DNA of 64,000 nt from Vicugna vicugna (taxonomy: Eukaryota): positions 62,001 to 126,000 of the forward strand of contig MU058714.1 in NCBI GenBank assembly GCA_013265495.1, written 5' to 3'. A model generated the notes under the pieces. The model did not search any database, was not told the DNA's origin, and was given only the letters and a program-made list of their open reading frames with translations. A program made the translations under genes and the position numbers. Below, in pieces: positions 1-11,965 of the stretch; the stretch's first letter is position 1; each line of letters starts with the position of its first letter.

Positions 1-96
1 TCAACAACTTTAGTTTATAAGCAAGGAAACCAAGGTTCACATGGGTTAGGTGGACGTAAACTTTCCCGAAATTTACCTCTTAAAGATGATCCCAAG

Positions 97-252
97 GAGA
101 GGGAGGGCCTAACTCAGTGGCAGAGCGCGCGCTTAGCATACACGAGGTCCTGGGTTCAGTCCCCAGCACCTCCTCTAAGAATAAACAAATAAATAAACAA
201 ACCTAATTACCTCCCACCACCAGAAAAAAAAATTTTTTAATTAAAAAAGAAA
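97..252 (+). mobile_element. tRNA-derived SINE, camelid Vic-1-like, full length with TSD
   Basis: Pol III A-box TAACTCAGTGG (110-120) and B-box GGTTCAGTCCC (153-163), then AATAAA-rich body, CCTAATTACCTCCC motif and A-rich tail. Perfect 15-bp TSD AAAGATGATCCCAAG at 82-96 and 253-267, at a TT/AAAG L1-endonuclease-type site. Confidence 0.9.
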
Positions 253-321
253 AAAGATGATCCCAAGAGGCTCAGGGCAAGAGGGGAGGGGTGGCTTGGC
301 TGACTGACGGCACCTCCCTGC

Positions 322-525
322 CAGGGATGCCAGATTTAGCAAACAGAAGTGCAGGATGCCCAGTTACAGCCGAATATCCAAGGAACAACACATAATTTTT
401 AGCGTGAGTATATCCCAACTATGGCACTGGTACAACTGTCACAGGGCATACTCACGCCAAAAATTACTTACTGTTTATCTGAAATTCAAGCCCAACCAAG
501 TGTCCTGAGCTTTACCTGGGACCTA
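322..525. mobile_element. MER53-like palindromic hAT MITE
   Basis: Starts CAGGGATGCCAGATTTAGCAAA and contains TGTTTATCTGAAATTCAA, matching the recalled MER53 consensus. Internal inverted arms at 393-411 and 448-466. Confidence 0.85.
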
Positions 526-2340
526 CTTTTCCCATCTTCCCCCCTAAATTCCAAAGAGCCGATCTTTGCTGAAGGTGAGGCGTTAACCCTGGCTGGACGG
601 GCAGGGTGCTCGTCGCTGGCTGCTGAACTCTACACCGGCAGCACAGTCATATTTGAACGGCCTGGCTGACACTTTTTGACAAAGAGGGGGAAAACCCAAC
701 CTCTCCGCCTAGACAAGGAAGGCCCGACAGGCCTGCAGGCAGGCGGGTTCTTCCCGGTCTAGCCGGCTACTGCATCTGGTTCTTCGGGTCATTTTTACTC
801 CTTTCTTTTTTTTTTCCCCATGTTGCCAGCCGTCGCCTAGGTGACTTGGGCTTTCTGACCTTAATGCATCTTAACTAATAAACCATTTTAAGGTACACTG
901 AGCTAAAACAGAAAAATACCTAAAGATACTGGGAATTTCAAAGAGGCATGCAGACACACTTTCAAAAGCTCTAAGAACGAGAGATACTAAAACAGCTCAT
1001 CAAAAGCAAGACAAGCATGATGGCAGTGAGCCTGGACGCTAAGAGACGGCGAATCAGTCTCAGCCGGCGGGGACCCCGTGCCCGGCGGGGACGTCGGTCG
1101 GACGGCCACCCAAACCTCCTCACCAGCCCAGTCAGCGCCAAGCCCGGGGCTCCTGCCTCAGTCGGGTGCTGCAAGGCTGCCCGTGCCAGACCAGGAGGTG
1201 AACAGTCCTCTGGAGTCTGCGTTCCTCGTGGAACTAAAATCCATGCAACCAGTTTCAGAGACGATGAGGTGAGAAAAGCTCTCACCACTGCCAGATGAGG
1301 GGTTCCTGGCTTGGGCTCAAAACCCCTATTACAAAATCAAACTGCTACAGAATCGCTAGGAAGCCAGGAGCTTTCCCTCCGTCATCTGTTAATATACAGG
1401 GTTACTGGTGCCAGCAGTTTAGAAGTTAAAGTGTATCACAGCCCCACTCAGAACTCTGCCCTGTGGAAGCTCAGAAATGTAATCACAGATTTTAATTGAG
1501 AAAAACAGCTCTTGATCAAATTCCTGTGTGTGTGTTTAAGAAACAGGTAAAATTTTGTGGGGGGGGGGTGGCAAAATGAGTCTTCAATTAGCTGTGATAA
1601 AATCGGGGTACGACTGTGAACCAGGTTGTGTATTGTGAGCAGTTGTTGGGAGCAGGCGGCCTGAGTCGTTCCCGCTGAACACGGGAAAATGCCCCCTGTG
1701 GCAACAGAGATTCATTTCTCAACGAAGGAAAGGCAATGGGTAGGGGGACGAACCCCGCCCCCTATATCAGAAAAGACCCACATGTGGCCCCTAAGGTTTG
1801 GAAGAGGGTGACTGACAGCCACTCCCCAACCTCCCATCCAGACACCACACCCGCGGAAGGCGATCTTTCCCACCCAGCTTATCAGCCCTGACCTCTTCCT
1901 TCTCCCGAGGTGACCCTCCCTGTAGGTCCCTACGCTGACCTCAGCCTGTGGGCTGACCTGTGACAAGACCTGATGGGCGGAGCCATGCCACAGCCCCAGT
2001 AGCTCACTCGGGCTGACTTGCCCTCTGCCTTCCCACGTAGAACTTCCCACCTCCCTCCGATCAAACAGCTCCAAGGTAGGTAGGGGACTGCTTCAGGGCG
2101 CCCCCTTGGTCAATGGAGCTGTGGGGATTCCCATCCTCTCCAAGCCCCCAGCTCCCACTTCTGCCCCTACAACCCAAGGAACCTCTGGGCCCCAGCTCCG
2201 TGATGCAGGGCTGCCCCCCACCAGCCATGCACAGTGCAGCCCCCTGCCCGCCCCCCATTTCCTCCTCCGTCTTTCCTTCTGCCCCCACCCCGCACCCTGT
2301 CACATCCTTGTGCATTTCTTGGTCTCTGGGCTGAGGCCCA

Positions 2341-2372
2341 GTGTGTGTGTGTGTGCACACGTGTGTGCGCGT
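2341..2372. repeat. (GT)n imperfect microsatellite
   Basis: gtgtgtgtgtgtgtgcacacgtgtgtgcgcgt seen directly. Confidence 0.85.
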
Positions 2373-5300
2373 CGGGGGTGGGGGGCACCTGAGCTCGCCT
2401 GCCTGCTCATTTTGAGAAGCATCGGAAGTTGAGGGGTTGCTGGTTCTTGCCATTTCATCTTGATTTAGCCATTTCTACACGGCTCGTAAGACGCATGCAG
2501 ATTTCTGTTTCTTTATTTGTTCATTAAAACTTCAATAAAAACGTTATAAAAATGTCTTATTTTGGTAGTTAATTGCCACTTCCATTTTAATATGCATGCA
2601 GTGTCTGCGCTCCTCCGAGATTCCCCGAGCCTCTCTGTAAATAATACAGCCGCCGTGGACCACTGTTCCCTGCCTCCCGCGTATTTACTCAGTCATCAGA
2701 GCCCGAAGCTGCGGCTGGCGCGGTGCTTTCTTCCCAAGGACCTGCTCCATCACCTGCACGCTCGCTGGCTGGCTTGTCTGCTGTCTGGGCAGGGCAGTGG
2801 TTAACAGGGTTCAACTCCTGCCACACGTGAGGGTCTTGCAGCCCAAGGCGGGGCAGCCCAGAGAACTTTCTTTGGGTCTCAGATTTCCTCTCACCTTCGG
2901 GATGCTGCACCTCACCCTCTGCGTTTCTCTGAAGCCAGAATTGTCAGCTCATCACCACTTTAAACGAGGCGCTCCAGGACTTGGCTGAGATCCTCAGCCC
3001 TGAGTCTGATGAGGACAGTGGGGAAGGCAGCGTCTCCAAGAGCCAAACAGGCCCCCCGCTCCCCGCGCAGGGGGAGGACGGCCGCCAGGGGACGGGAGGG
3101 GCGGGCGTGGGCAGCCACCTGCGCTGGGCCTGGAGCTGGGCTGCAGGGATGGTGCCAGGCTGCGGGCGAGCACACCAGTGCCAGCTGGATGTTCGAGGGG
3201 GAACGGGAGCCGTTTATATCCTGCGTACAGAGGTGCCCAGGGGCCTCCTTTCCAGGCTTGAAATACCTGATGTGCCTGGAACATGAGCACCGGCCCGCGG
3301 GCGGCTGCTCCCTGTGACTGAGCCAGCTACTGGCACCGCGTCTCCCCACCAGCCCCGGCGTGAAGCAAAGGAGACTTTGAGAAGCTCCGTCACTGGCCCA
3401 AGGCCACCGAGCCAGAGTCTGTCGCCCCACCATGTGGGAAAGGGACCTCAACACCCCCTTCATGTCTCATTGGTGCCCAGGAGGTGCTCAGACTGACGCA
3501 GGAGCGTCAGGGAACACTCACCGCCCGCCTGTGGGTAGGAGCGCTTCCACCTCTGAGACCACACAGCAGCACAGGCCCGCGGGACAGGACCCCTCACGGG
3601 GCACAGGCTCTCCCGCACCCGGAGGAAACTGAGGACTGCGTGTGATTAAAAACGCAGAGGAGTGAAGCTCATGCAGGCTGTGGGGCGAAAGGCAGAGACA
3701 CGAGGTCAGGTGCCAGCACCTCCCGCCTCTAAGGAGGTTTCTTGTCCTTCTGAGAGTGACCCAGGGTCCTGCGACCCAGAGAAGGGTGAGGGACGTTTGG
3801 TTTGACAGTGCACACCAGACGTGCTGCAGATGGACAGACTCCCGGAATACCTGAGGACACGGACGGGACTCCTCTGACGTCCAGGCGGACGTGGTCTGTC
3901 CTCTCTGGGAGTGGGTGAGGCCACCTCACCCAGGCTATCCAGATGCGGTGCCTCTGAAAGGTTGGTCCCAGCCTCGACCCTGACACCTGCCCCCAACCCT
4001 TGTCTTCCAGGCCCTCCTGTCCAGCCATCTTCCTAGCAGCTCCCGGAAGCCCCACAGGCATCTTGAACCCAGTGTGTTCCGAGCACGATTCTCTGTTTCC
4101 CTCCCTGCTCCTGCCCAGGCCCCCTCGGGAGCACCATGAACAGAACAGCACCCCCACTCACCCAATGGCTCAAGCCAGAAGTCTGGGAGACTTGATTTTC
4201 TCGGTGCTCTCAGGTTCTCTCAGAGCCCCGGACCTGGCCACCCCGCCCTGCTCACCCAGCACCCACCCAGCAGCCTGGGTCCACTTTAGGAAGGTAGTCA
4301 GCTTCCATCCAGTGGGTCCGGCAGCCCCGACCGTCCCGCACACTCCCCAGTGTCCACGCCACTTTGGCCACTCTGTGCACCAGCTCAGAGCCTCCGTCCT
4401 GGCCATTCCTGCAGCCCTACTGTGTGCTTCCTGCAGCCTTCACACGGCTGCTCCCCTCCTCCAGGCCCGAGCTCGGCGCCACAGACTCTGAGAGCCCATC
4501 CCCTAGAAATGGCCCCGGCTCCCCGCCCTCTCAGACCCCCAGGAGAGCTGGGGTCCTTTACTTGCTTGTTAAAACGAGGTGCGCTCGGGGAGAGCACCTG
4601 TAGCCCCTCTGCTCCATCCCGTGCCGGGCCGGATCTGGCACAAAGTCAGAACTGCACCCCCTGGCTGACAGGAGGGGTGGGGCTGACTCCCGGGTCCTGC
4701 CTGGACAGCTGTCGGCCTGGAGCTCAGAATGGCCACCCCGGGCGGGGTGGGGGCAGGCACTCCCTGCCCCCAGGACAGGATGGCTGGGCTGCACAGAGCC
4801 AGACGGAGGGCCGGTGGGGGGGGTCTGGAGGGACAGGGAGCGGCAAGCAAGACTATGAACATAAAATAAGGCAACATGAGAGCCCACCAGTCCTGGCCGC
4901 ACTCAGTAGACTTGGGGGGTTGGGTGGGGAGGCCTGTCTCTTAGTTCTCGCTGAGCCCTGGCGAAGCCCGTCCACCCTGAATGCTTTCATTTCTGCTCTG
5001 GACACACGCACACATGGTATTTCTGGGGGGAAAAATCTTAGCTTCTCGCTCTTTTTAATCCCATTTTAACAATCACTTTGGCTTTTCCCACTTTGGTTCT
5101 CCTCTGAACAAACACTCACTCCAGCAGAGCCGAAAGGGACAACTGGAACCATGGGGAACACGCAGCGCCTCTCTGCTGTTAAGTGACACGGCAGCTCCTA
5201 ACCGAAGGTCCACTGAGAGAAAATGAGACAGGAAGCCGGCTGGGCGTCAAAAATCGCAAAATGAAACCGTTAAAGAATAAAACTCATTAAATGCCTGTGA

Positions 5301-8300
5301 TAACACTTTGTTTTAATGGTACATTTAATTCATACTTAATTCCAGTGGTGCTCCAGCAGCGTCCCCCACGCTCCCACACGAACGCCAGATAAATTCCAGC
5401 GAGTGGAGGAGACGGTGAGGACCTGCCAAAGCCAGCTCCCGGCAGGTGAAAAATGTTGTAACAGAATATATTTCCTATACATGAATCACCAGCACATTTG
5501 ATAACACCTTCTGAAAAAATAGAACTGAAGGAATATATCTTCCCCACACTGACAACGTAGATTAAACAGTTTTGCCCCATATTCTACCCTTACGGCTGCC
5601 ATCTGATTTAGGACTCATGAAGCCCTCAGGGTAAGGAGGACATGATCAGAACCCAGCAGAGGCCGCTGGGAGGGAGGGGCTCGCCAGGAGCACAGCGGCC
5701 ACGCCTCCACGTGGCCCGTAACCACAGAGATGGGTCCTCTCCTGGGTACCACCCTCTTGCACCAAAGAGGCTGTCAGCATCAACCACTGGAGTTCAGCCA
5801 CGGCCCAGCGCTGACCGGGACCCACAAGACAAGAAGGACAGCCCTCGGGGACACTCCTGCCTGCCGTGACACACACGGGGGGCTCGCCAGAGCTGTGTGC
5901 TGGCTTGCTCTGCAGAGGGACCACCTGCAACTTGGGATCCCTGTGCCGAAAGCAGCATTATGGAAAGCACGGGGGTGTGAGTCTGCAGGCAACAGAGCCA
6001 AAACGAAACATGCCGGTCACTAGCAGAACTAAGTAGACGGCTGACAGAGGCCACTCCGGGGCCAGCCTGCGGGCCAAGCAGTGACCAGGCACTGTGCTAG
6101 CCTCCCTGGCAGGCAGGCCAGCCACCCCTCGGACACGGCCATCGGTAAAGCCGACACGTCCCGTGAAATCAACAGCACGACCGGCCGCTGGCATCCACGG
6201 GTTGTGACTGTGTCTTCCCCCAAGCTTTATTTTTTTTTTAAGTATTTAATTTTAAAGGACTGGGTGGCTCCAGCGGCTCACGCCTGCTCTGGAAGTGAGC
6301 TGTTATTTTATGGTATATTGTACAGGTGCCACATCTCCATCCATCAAAGTCAGTGTCCCCAGAGACCAGGAAATCAAAACATCATGAATAGAGTGCCACT
6401 CCGCTGCTCAGCGAGGGGCGGACAAATGCAGGGGCGCACCAGCTCGAGGAGAACACGTTTGCAGAGCTGGGAGGCTTCTGTTCCTGGGCGCTGGCCGGGA
6501 CTGGGCCAGAGCGTCACACTGGTCCTCCCTGGTGGGAGCCTCCTCTTCCCTCGCCTCTCCCTCCTCCCCCATCCTCTTCTCCCTCCTCGTACCCACTCCC
6601 CCCTCGGGTGCCCTGACCTTCACCCACTGCCTGATTCTTGCTCAAAACGCTAATCATGTTGGCCGGCTCCATGCGTTTGTCAGCCAGCATTACTGATACC
6701 AAATGTGAGCTCTGGGCTGCAGGTGCCGGGAGGGAAAGGCGAAGACAGCAAACAGAAGGGAGCCCCTCCCTGGCTCGGAGCTCAGGCGGCACATGTGAGA
6801 TGTCCTCAGTGAACAACTCAGAAACAGCCCTCCGGCAACCGTGCACGGGACCCCTGGGAGGAGAGGATGGAGGCGCGGAGGGGAGGCAGAGGGAGGCGTG
6901 GTGGGTGCGTGCGAGGCAGGCAGCGGGCTCTGCAGGCCACAGAAGAGGAATCAGAGCGGCCCCAAGGACGCCCGAGGCCCGCAAGCCCTTTAGCCGTCGC
7001 TGCCGGGAGCACGCGCTGGGACAGTCCACAGGCAAACGTCCACTGCGGCCATGCGTGTCCTCTGCCTCCCGCCTCCGTGACACCCTGGCACAGCTCCGTG
7101 TGCATTCGGGCGGGTGAACCCCAGCCTGAGACAAACAGTAGGCACGGGGCACAGACTCCTGAAACCCTCACAGGAGGCTCTCGGCACGCGGGAAGGTGAC
7201 TGTCAGCGTGGTTTGTGTCCATTTCCTGCTAACGAGGTGGGGAGCTGTGGGCACAGACATTCTCTGGTTGAAGGCCCCTGTGTGTTCCAGCCCAGGGTCT
7301 TTCTCCACAGCCCTGGTGACAGTTCTGACCCCGAGGACACAGGTGGGGTCAACAGCATCTGAGGAGCATCTAAGTCTTATGTCCTGACTTCACCCCTTCT
7401 GCACACCGTCCCCTCCCAAAGGAAGCCCACACGGAGGGGACCCCACGCTGCCAGAGGACATGGTCTCGGAATGGATAAAGAGGGGGCCCTACAAGACTCA
7501 CGGACGCTCCCTTCATTCGGGTGAAGTCTGGGGTCCCGCCGGAAGAGAAGGCTCTGGGTCCAGGAGAGAACTTCAGCCCCGGTGTCCCTCCTCCTGGGTC
7601 GCACGTGGTGCCCATCTCCCCAGGATCTCACGTTGGGAGCAGAGCTGAGGGTTCAAGAAGGAAGCAGCAGCAGATACGGCGCTCCTACATCTCAGAGAAT
7701 CTTCCAGAAGGTCTTCCCACAGAACTGAGGCTTGCAAAGTCACCGCCATGTGGTGGTCCTTGTTCCCCTGAGGCTCAGGGTCGAGAAGGTGGGGCACCGG
7801 CTATGGGAGCGGAGCTCAAGGGGTGAAGGAGACTGAGGGGCCAGCAGGGCCTGGAGCCCCTTGGCCACGGCGGGAGCCCAGCCCCGGCAGTGGATGGGGC
7901 AGGCTCGTCAGACTTTCATTTGCTCCTTCAAAGTGGAAGCTGAGTGTGGACTTCCACCAGGCAGGTCAGAGGCCTGGTCTCCAAAGCTCAAAGAGTCCTG
8001 GTTTCGGGGGAAGGGGACCCAGCAGGGCTGGAACCCCATTTCCACGTGTTATTCACGGATGCACTGGCCCACCCAGCTGTGTTTCCAGGTGCAGCCCATG
8101 TCAACTCACAGCTCCCCTCGTGTCCTCCCCGCCTCCTCCCCCACCTCCATGGCCCCCACACTCTCTCACAAGCGCATCCTAAAACCCTAGCTAACCCCCA
8201 CTTCCATAGGGAGGAAAAACCCCGAGAGAGGCGGGGCTGGCCCAGGACCCAGCCCGCCCACCCAGCCTGCCGCGGGCACTCGGGAACATCTGCAGAAGGA

Positions 8301-8688
8301 AAGAACTTGCCCAAAGCGTCTGAATGATGAACAGCGGAGCCAGATGCAGCCCCCCCTCGCTGCGTTCTGAGCTCTTGAGATAGTTTCTTCCAAGTTTCCA
8401 CAAAATGGGTCGGAAAAGCCAGAAGGGTTCTTGTTTCCACAAAGGTTCAGGGCTGAGCAAATACTCCCCCCGCCCCGAGGACTTGACAACACGGGGCTGG
8501 CCTGACCGTGCCCAGGCCGTGCACAGTCTGGACGGGAGGCTCTGCAACGGGGCTGGCGAGCCCCCCAAAACCAGGCCCACAGACTGCTAGGAGGGACGCA
8601 TCTGGGAGGAGGCACCCAGGGCCCCTGCCTCCCTCCGGAGGAACCAGTTCCTCCCTGCAGTTCTGTGAGGGGTTTAAGCTCCCGGAGA

Positions 8689-8765
8689 CAACATCCCATG
8701 TCTCTTCCACCTTCTTCCTGGAGAGCTGCCACCCGCTCAGCCCAGGGCTTCCTTCTCTGCAGCGC
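8689..8765 (+). repeat. 77-bp direct repeat, copy 1
   Basis: Identical base for base to 9386-9462. Confidence 0.97.
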
Positions 8766-9385
8766 AGGAAGAGGAGGGGCTCTGGAGAGGCAGCGAGAGG
8801 GGCTTTGGGCAGGCGACAGCAGCACGCGCCTCCTGAGCTGGGCACCACCATCTTCTGAGAGGGAGGGGCTGGTGCACAGGGTGAGAGGGAACAGGTAGGA
8901 AGTGCCAAGCCCCTCTCCTTTGGAAAGGACTGGCTTCCATGCGGAAACGTGGTTTTCTAACAGCTGAGAATTAAGAAAACTCATTAAGCTAATTAGTTGC
9001 TGCAGAAGACCTAGGCCAGCAAATCAAACCTGGAAGGAAGAGCTTTGAAACATTTGCTCTCATTTAAGCGGCACCGAGCAATAAGCTGCCCGCGCTGCCT
9101 GCACCCAGGCACGTGTGAGCCAGGCTTGCAGACACCGGCGCACACATGTGCTCACACGCACACAGCCTTTTTCACGTTCGCGGGATTTAGGAGGTTTTTT
9201 TCCCTACTTAGGTGTGCCCTGCTTTAAGAACCCTCCACATGAAAACACATGAAGTAAAGAATGACACTCTGCACCAAGCAAAGCATTGTTTTTTGGAAAC
9301 GACTTCTGGTGCAGGTTCTTTACAGACGGAGCCTCCCTCGTAGCATTCAAAATATGATGTGATTCAAAGGAACTTTATTTACGTG

Positions 9386-9462
9386 CAACATCCCATGTCT
9401 CTTCCACCTTCTTCCTGGAGAGCTGCCACCCGCTCAGCCCAGGGCTTCCTTCTCTGCAGCGC
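9386..9462 (+). repeat. 77-bp direct repeat, copy 2
   Basis: Identical base for base to 8689-8765. Confidence 0.97.
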
Positions 9463-9514
9463 TCCAGGCCACCACCCCACTCCCGCCCGCCCCAGCCCGC
9501 CCTGACTCGGGCCT

Positions 9515-10121
9515 CTGCAGCTCTGCCAGCCAGTGTCTCCCCGACTGCTCTCTGGTGGCCACCTCCCCTCTTGGTGGTCCCCATGAGCTGTCACACCAGC
9601 TCTGGGCCGTTGAGAGACACCCTGTGTTTCCGAAGTACTGTGACACCCGCGGGCTAGGGACACAGGTGTCCCCGGCCCCAGTCGTTTGGGCAAGACAAGG
9701 TTTCCCCAGGAGATTATGGAGACAGTGGAGGAAAATCCTTTCCCACACACTGATTACGGATCGGGGTGCAGAGTGGGCGGAAAAGGGAGATCTGGCCCCT
9801 GACTCTGAGCAGCTGCTGGCCAGGTGGGGAGGCAGAAAACACACACACATTCATGTATCGCACACACACTCACACACACTCACACACACTGCTGGCTGGG
9901 CAAGTGGGTGAAGTGATCATGGGGTGGGTGGGTGGCGCTCTTGACCAAACGACCGGGGTTTGGAGGCCTGTGTCCCCAGCCCCCGGAAGTCAGAGTACTT
10001 CAGGAAAACGGGGTGTCTCTCAATGGCCCAGAGCTGGTGTGAGCCCTGGGCTGGGGGCCTGGCTGGGAGGGGAGAAGCCACGAGAGAGAAGCGAGGGGGA
10101 CACCGGCTGGCAGACCTGCAG
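9515..10121. repeat. Diverged inverted repeat: arms 9515-9695 and 9939-10121, 243-bp spacer
   Basis: The reverse complement of the right arm aligns with the left arm, e.g. TCACACCAGCTCTGGGCC(G/A)TTGAGAGACACCC, GAAGTACT(G/C)TGAC, GGGACACAGG, GTCGTTTGG(G/T)CAAGA. Confidence 0.92.
9838..9888. repeat. (CA)n-rich simple repeat in the inverted-repeat spacer
   Basis: Interrupted CA runs seen directly. Confidence 0.85.
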
Positions 10122-10221
10122 CTCTCGGGATCGCACTTCTGCTCAGAAAAGGGTCCCAGGATCCCGCCCTTCAGCTGCTCCAGGTGAAACATCCGGTCTC
10201 CTGACGAAACGTGGAACATTG

Positions 10222-10457
10222 CCGTGGTTACGAGCCCAGACTCTGTGGCCAGGTGCCTGGGTTCCAACCCCGCCCCTGCCCTGTGCCAGCTGTGTGACCT
10301 CGGGCAAGTTACTTAAGCTCTCTGGGCCCTCATCGTCTCGACTATAAAATGCGGTGATTGTTGCGCGTCCCTCACAGCGTGGACGGGGACTCAGCGAGTC
10401 ACTCTGTGTAAACCCTCAGAACCTGTCCGGCGCGGTCCGAGTCCTCCGCAGTTATTA
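10222..10457 (+). mobile_element. MIR SINE
   Basis: GTGGTTACGAGCCCAGACTCTG...CTGGGTTCCAACCCCG...GCTGTGTGACCTCGGGCAAGTTACTTAAGCTCTCTG...CTATAAAATG follows the MIR core consensus. Confidence 0.85.
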
Positions 10458-11797
10458 CCCAGATTGTTTCCAGATCCGAAGTGCAAACGCCCCACGGCCA
10501 AGCCCTCTCCCTGACGCAGGGTGGCCCCTTCCCAGCTGGGCAGACACACCTTCCCTCTCCCCTCTCGCAGCCCCGGGGCCAGGAGCCCATCTTCCCCGCT
10601 TAGCCTCCACCCACTGGTCCTGGCTGGAAAGGGTGCCCTGTCCCCACGTCTTACTTTGGGAGGAGGGAAGGTCAGGTTTCCATTCCTAAAGCTGCCTTTC
10701 TAGCCGCTGCGGCAGCAGCGAGCCAGTGAGGAAAGGATTTGGACGGAACAGGCGAGGGGGCGAGGGGCGAGCCGGGACCAGCGCCAGGACCAGTAAGACC
10801 CTCTCGGCTCAGACTGGGGAGACTGGGCTGTGCAGACGGAAAGACGCGGGGCCTCAGGGGGCAGGAACCCCCTGCCCCCAAAGCACACATAAAGCAAGTG
10901 TTGGGCTGAATTCCTTTTCACAATATCGTAAGAGAAGAAATATTCCACTGTGAACAGACCAGGTAAACGGCCAGGCCCCCCCCGGCCCCGCCTACCGCAC
11001 GTCTCCTCAGTCATCCATCTCTCCCCAGCAAGCGGGGTGGCGGGGCCGGGCCGGTGGGCAGCTGCCGCGTGGGGATTGCTCCCCTCTCTCTGTGGCCCCT
11101 CCGCCACGGGCCAGCACAAGCAAGAGACAGGGAAGTTGCCCACTCCTCTGAGCACTTGCCCGCAGGTCTGTTCCCACGTCCCAGGTCCCCCGTGGTCAGG
11201 GAGCTTTCCTGAGAACGTGGCCCCCGGCTCCCCACGTCCTCCTCTCCCTGGCCTGGCCCCCTCCCCAAACCTCCTCGAGCTCAGGCACCCGCCCCCAACC
11301 CAGGCTTCTCAGGGGTAAAACTCACAGTGCCTGCCACCAGCTCGTTGGTCAAGTTTAGGGCATCTTGTGTTGTCTTCTGAATCGTTTTAAAGAAACTGCA
11401 GGGGTGGGTGAAGTGTCCCTGATCAAGAATAAAATATTTCCCTCCTGCTAAAAACTTATTTCCCTAATTAGGCTATTTCTGTGGTGATGCTCCAGGCCTC
11501 CACCACCCGGCTGGGCCTGCTGTGTGTGTGCAGGGACACACTCAGATACAGGGAGACAGATACGAGCACACGGAGACAGGCACAGAGAAACACGGACACA
11601 CACACACACGGACACACACACCGAGTCGCAGCCTTTGTCTAGGTAACAAGTCAGAGTGAAATACACTCTCATTGATAGTGTGACCCACCGGAAAGAAAGC
11701 CAGAAACCCCCGACTGGGAAATCAGTTTTTTCTCAAAAACATTAAGACTCAAGCTGGGATAATCATGCCTATCACACCCTGCGTTCCCGGCCCTGCG

Positions 11798-11838
11798 CGT
11801 GTGCACGCACACGCACGCACGCACACACACACACACAC
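11798..11838. repeat. (GCAC)n/(CA)n microsatellite
   Basis: Seen directly. Confidence 0.85.
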
Positions 11839-11889
11839 CCCTCGTGCTCGCGACAGCCTCTCTGAGTGACGGCACGCCCAACCAAGGCT

Positions 11890-11965
11890 TTAACACGCCC
11901 ATTTTACAGGTAAGCAAGCTGAGACTCAGGGAGGCCAGGCTGTGACTTAAGAGGCAGAGCTGACT
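11890..11965 (-). mobile_element. MIR fragment
   Basis: CCCATTTTACAGGTAAGCAAGCTGAGACTCAGGGAGG matches the antisense MIR core. Confidence 0.7.

Noticed and set aside
97..175. tRNA-like sequence
   Set aside because: It is the head of a SINE with tail and TSD, not a tRNA gene.
8689..9462. CRISPR-like or LTR-pair interpretation of the direct repeats
   Set aside because: Only two copies, mammalian context, no TG...CA ends, PBS or TSD.
9555..10267. Apparently paralogous peptides on opposite strands
   Set aside because: A consequence of the DNA inverted repeat; indels break the frame correspondence outside the core.
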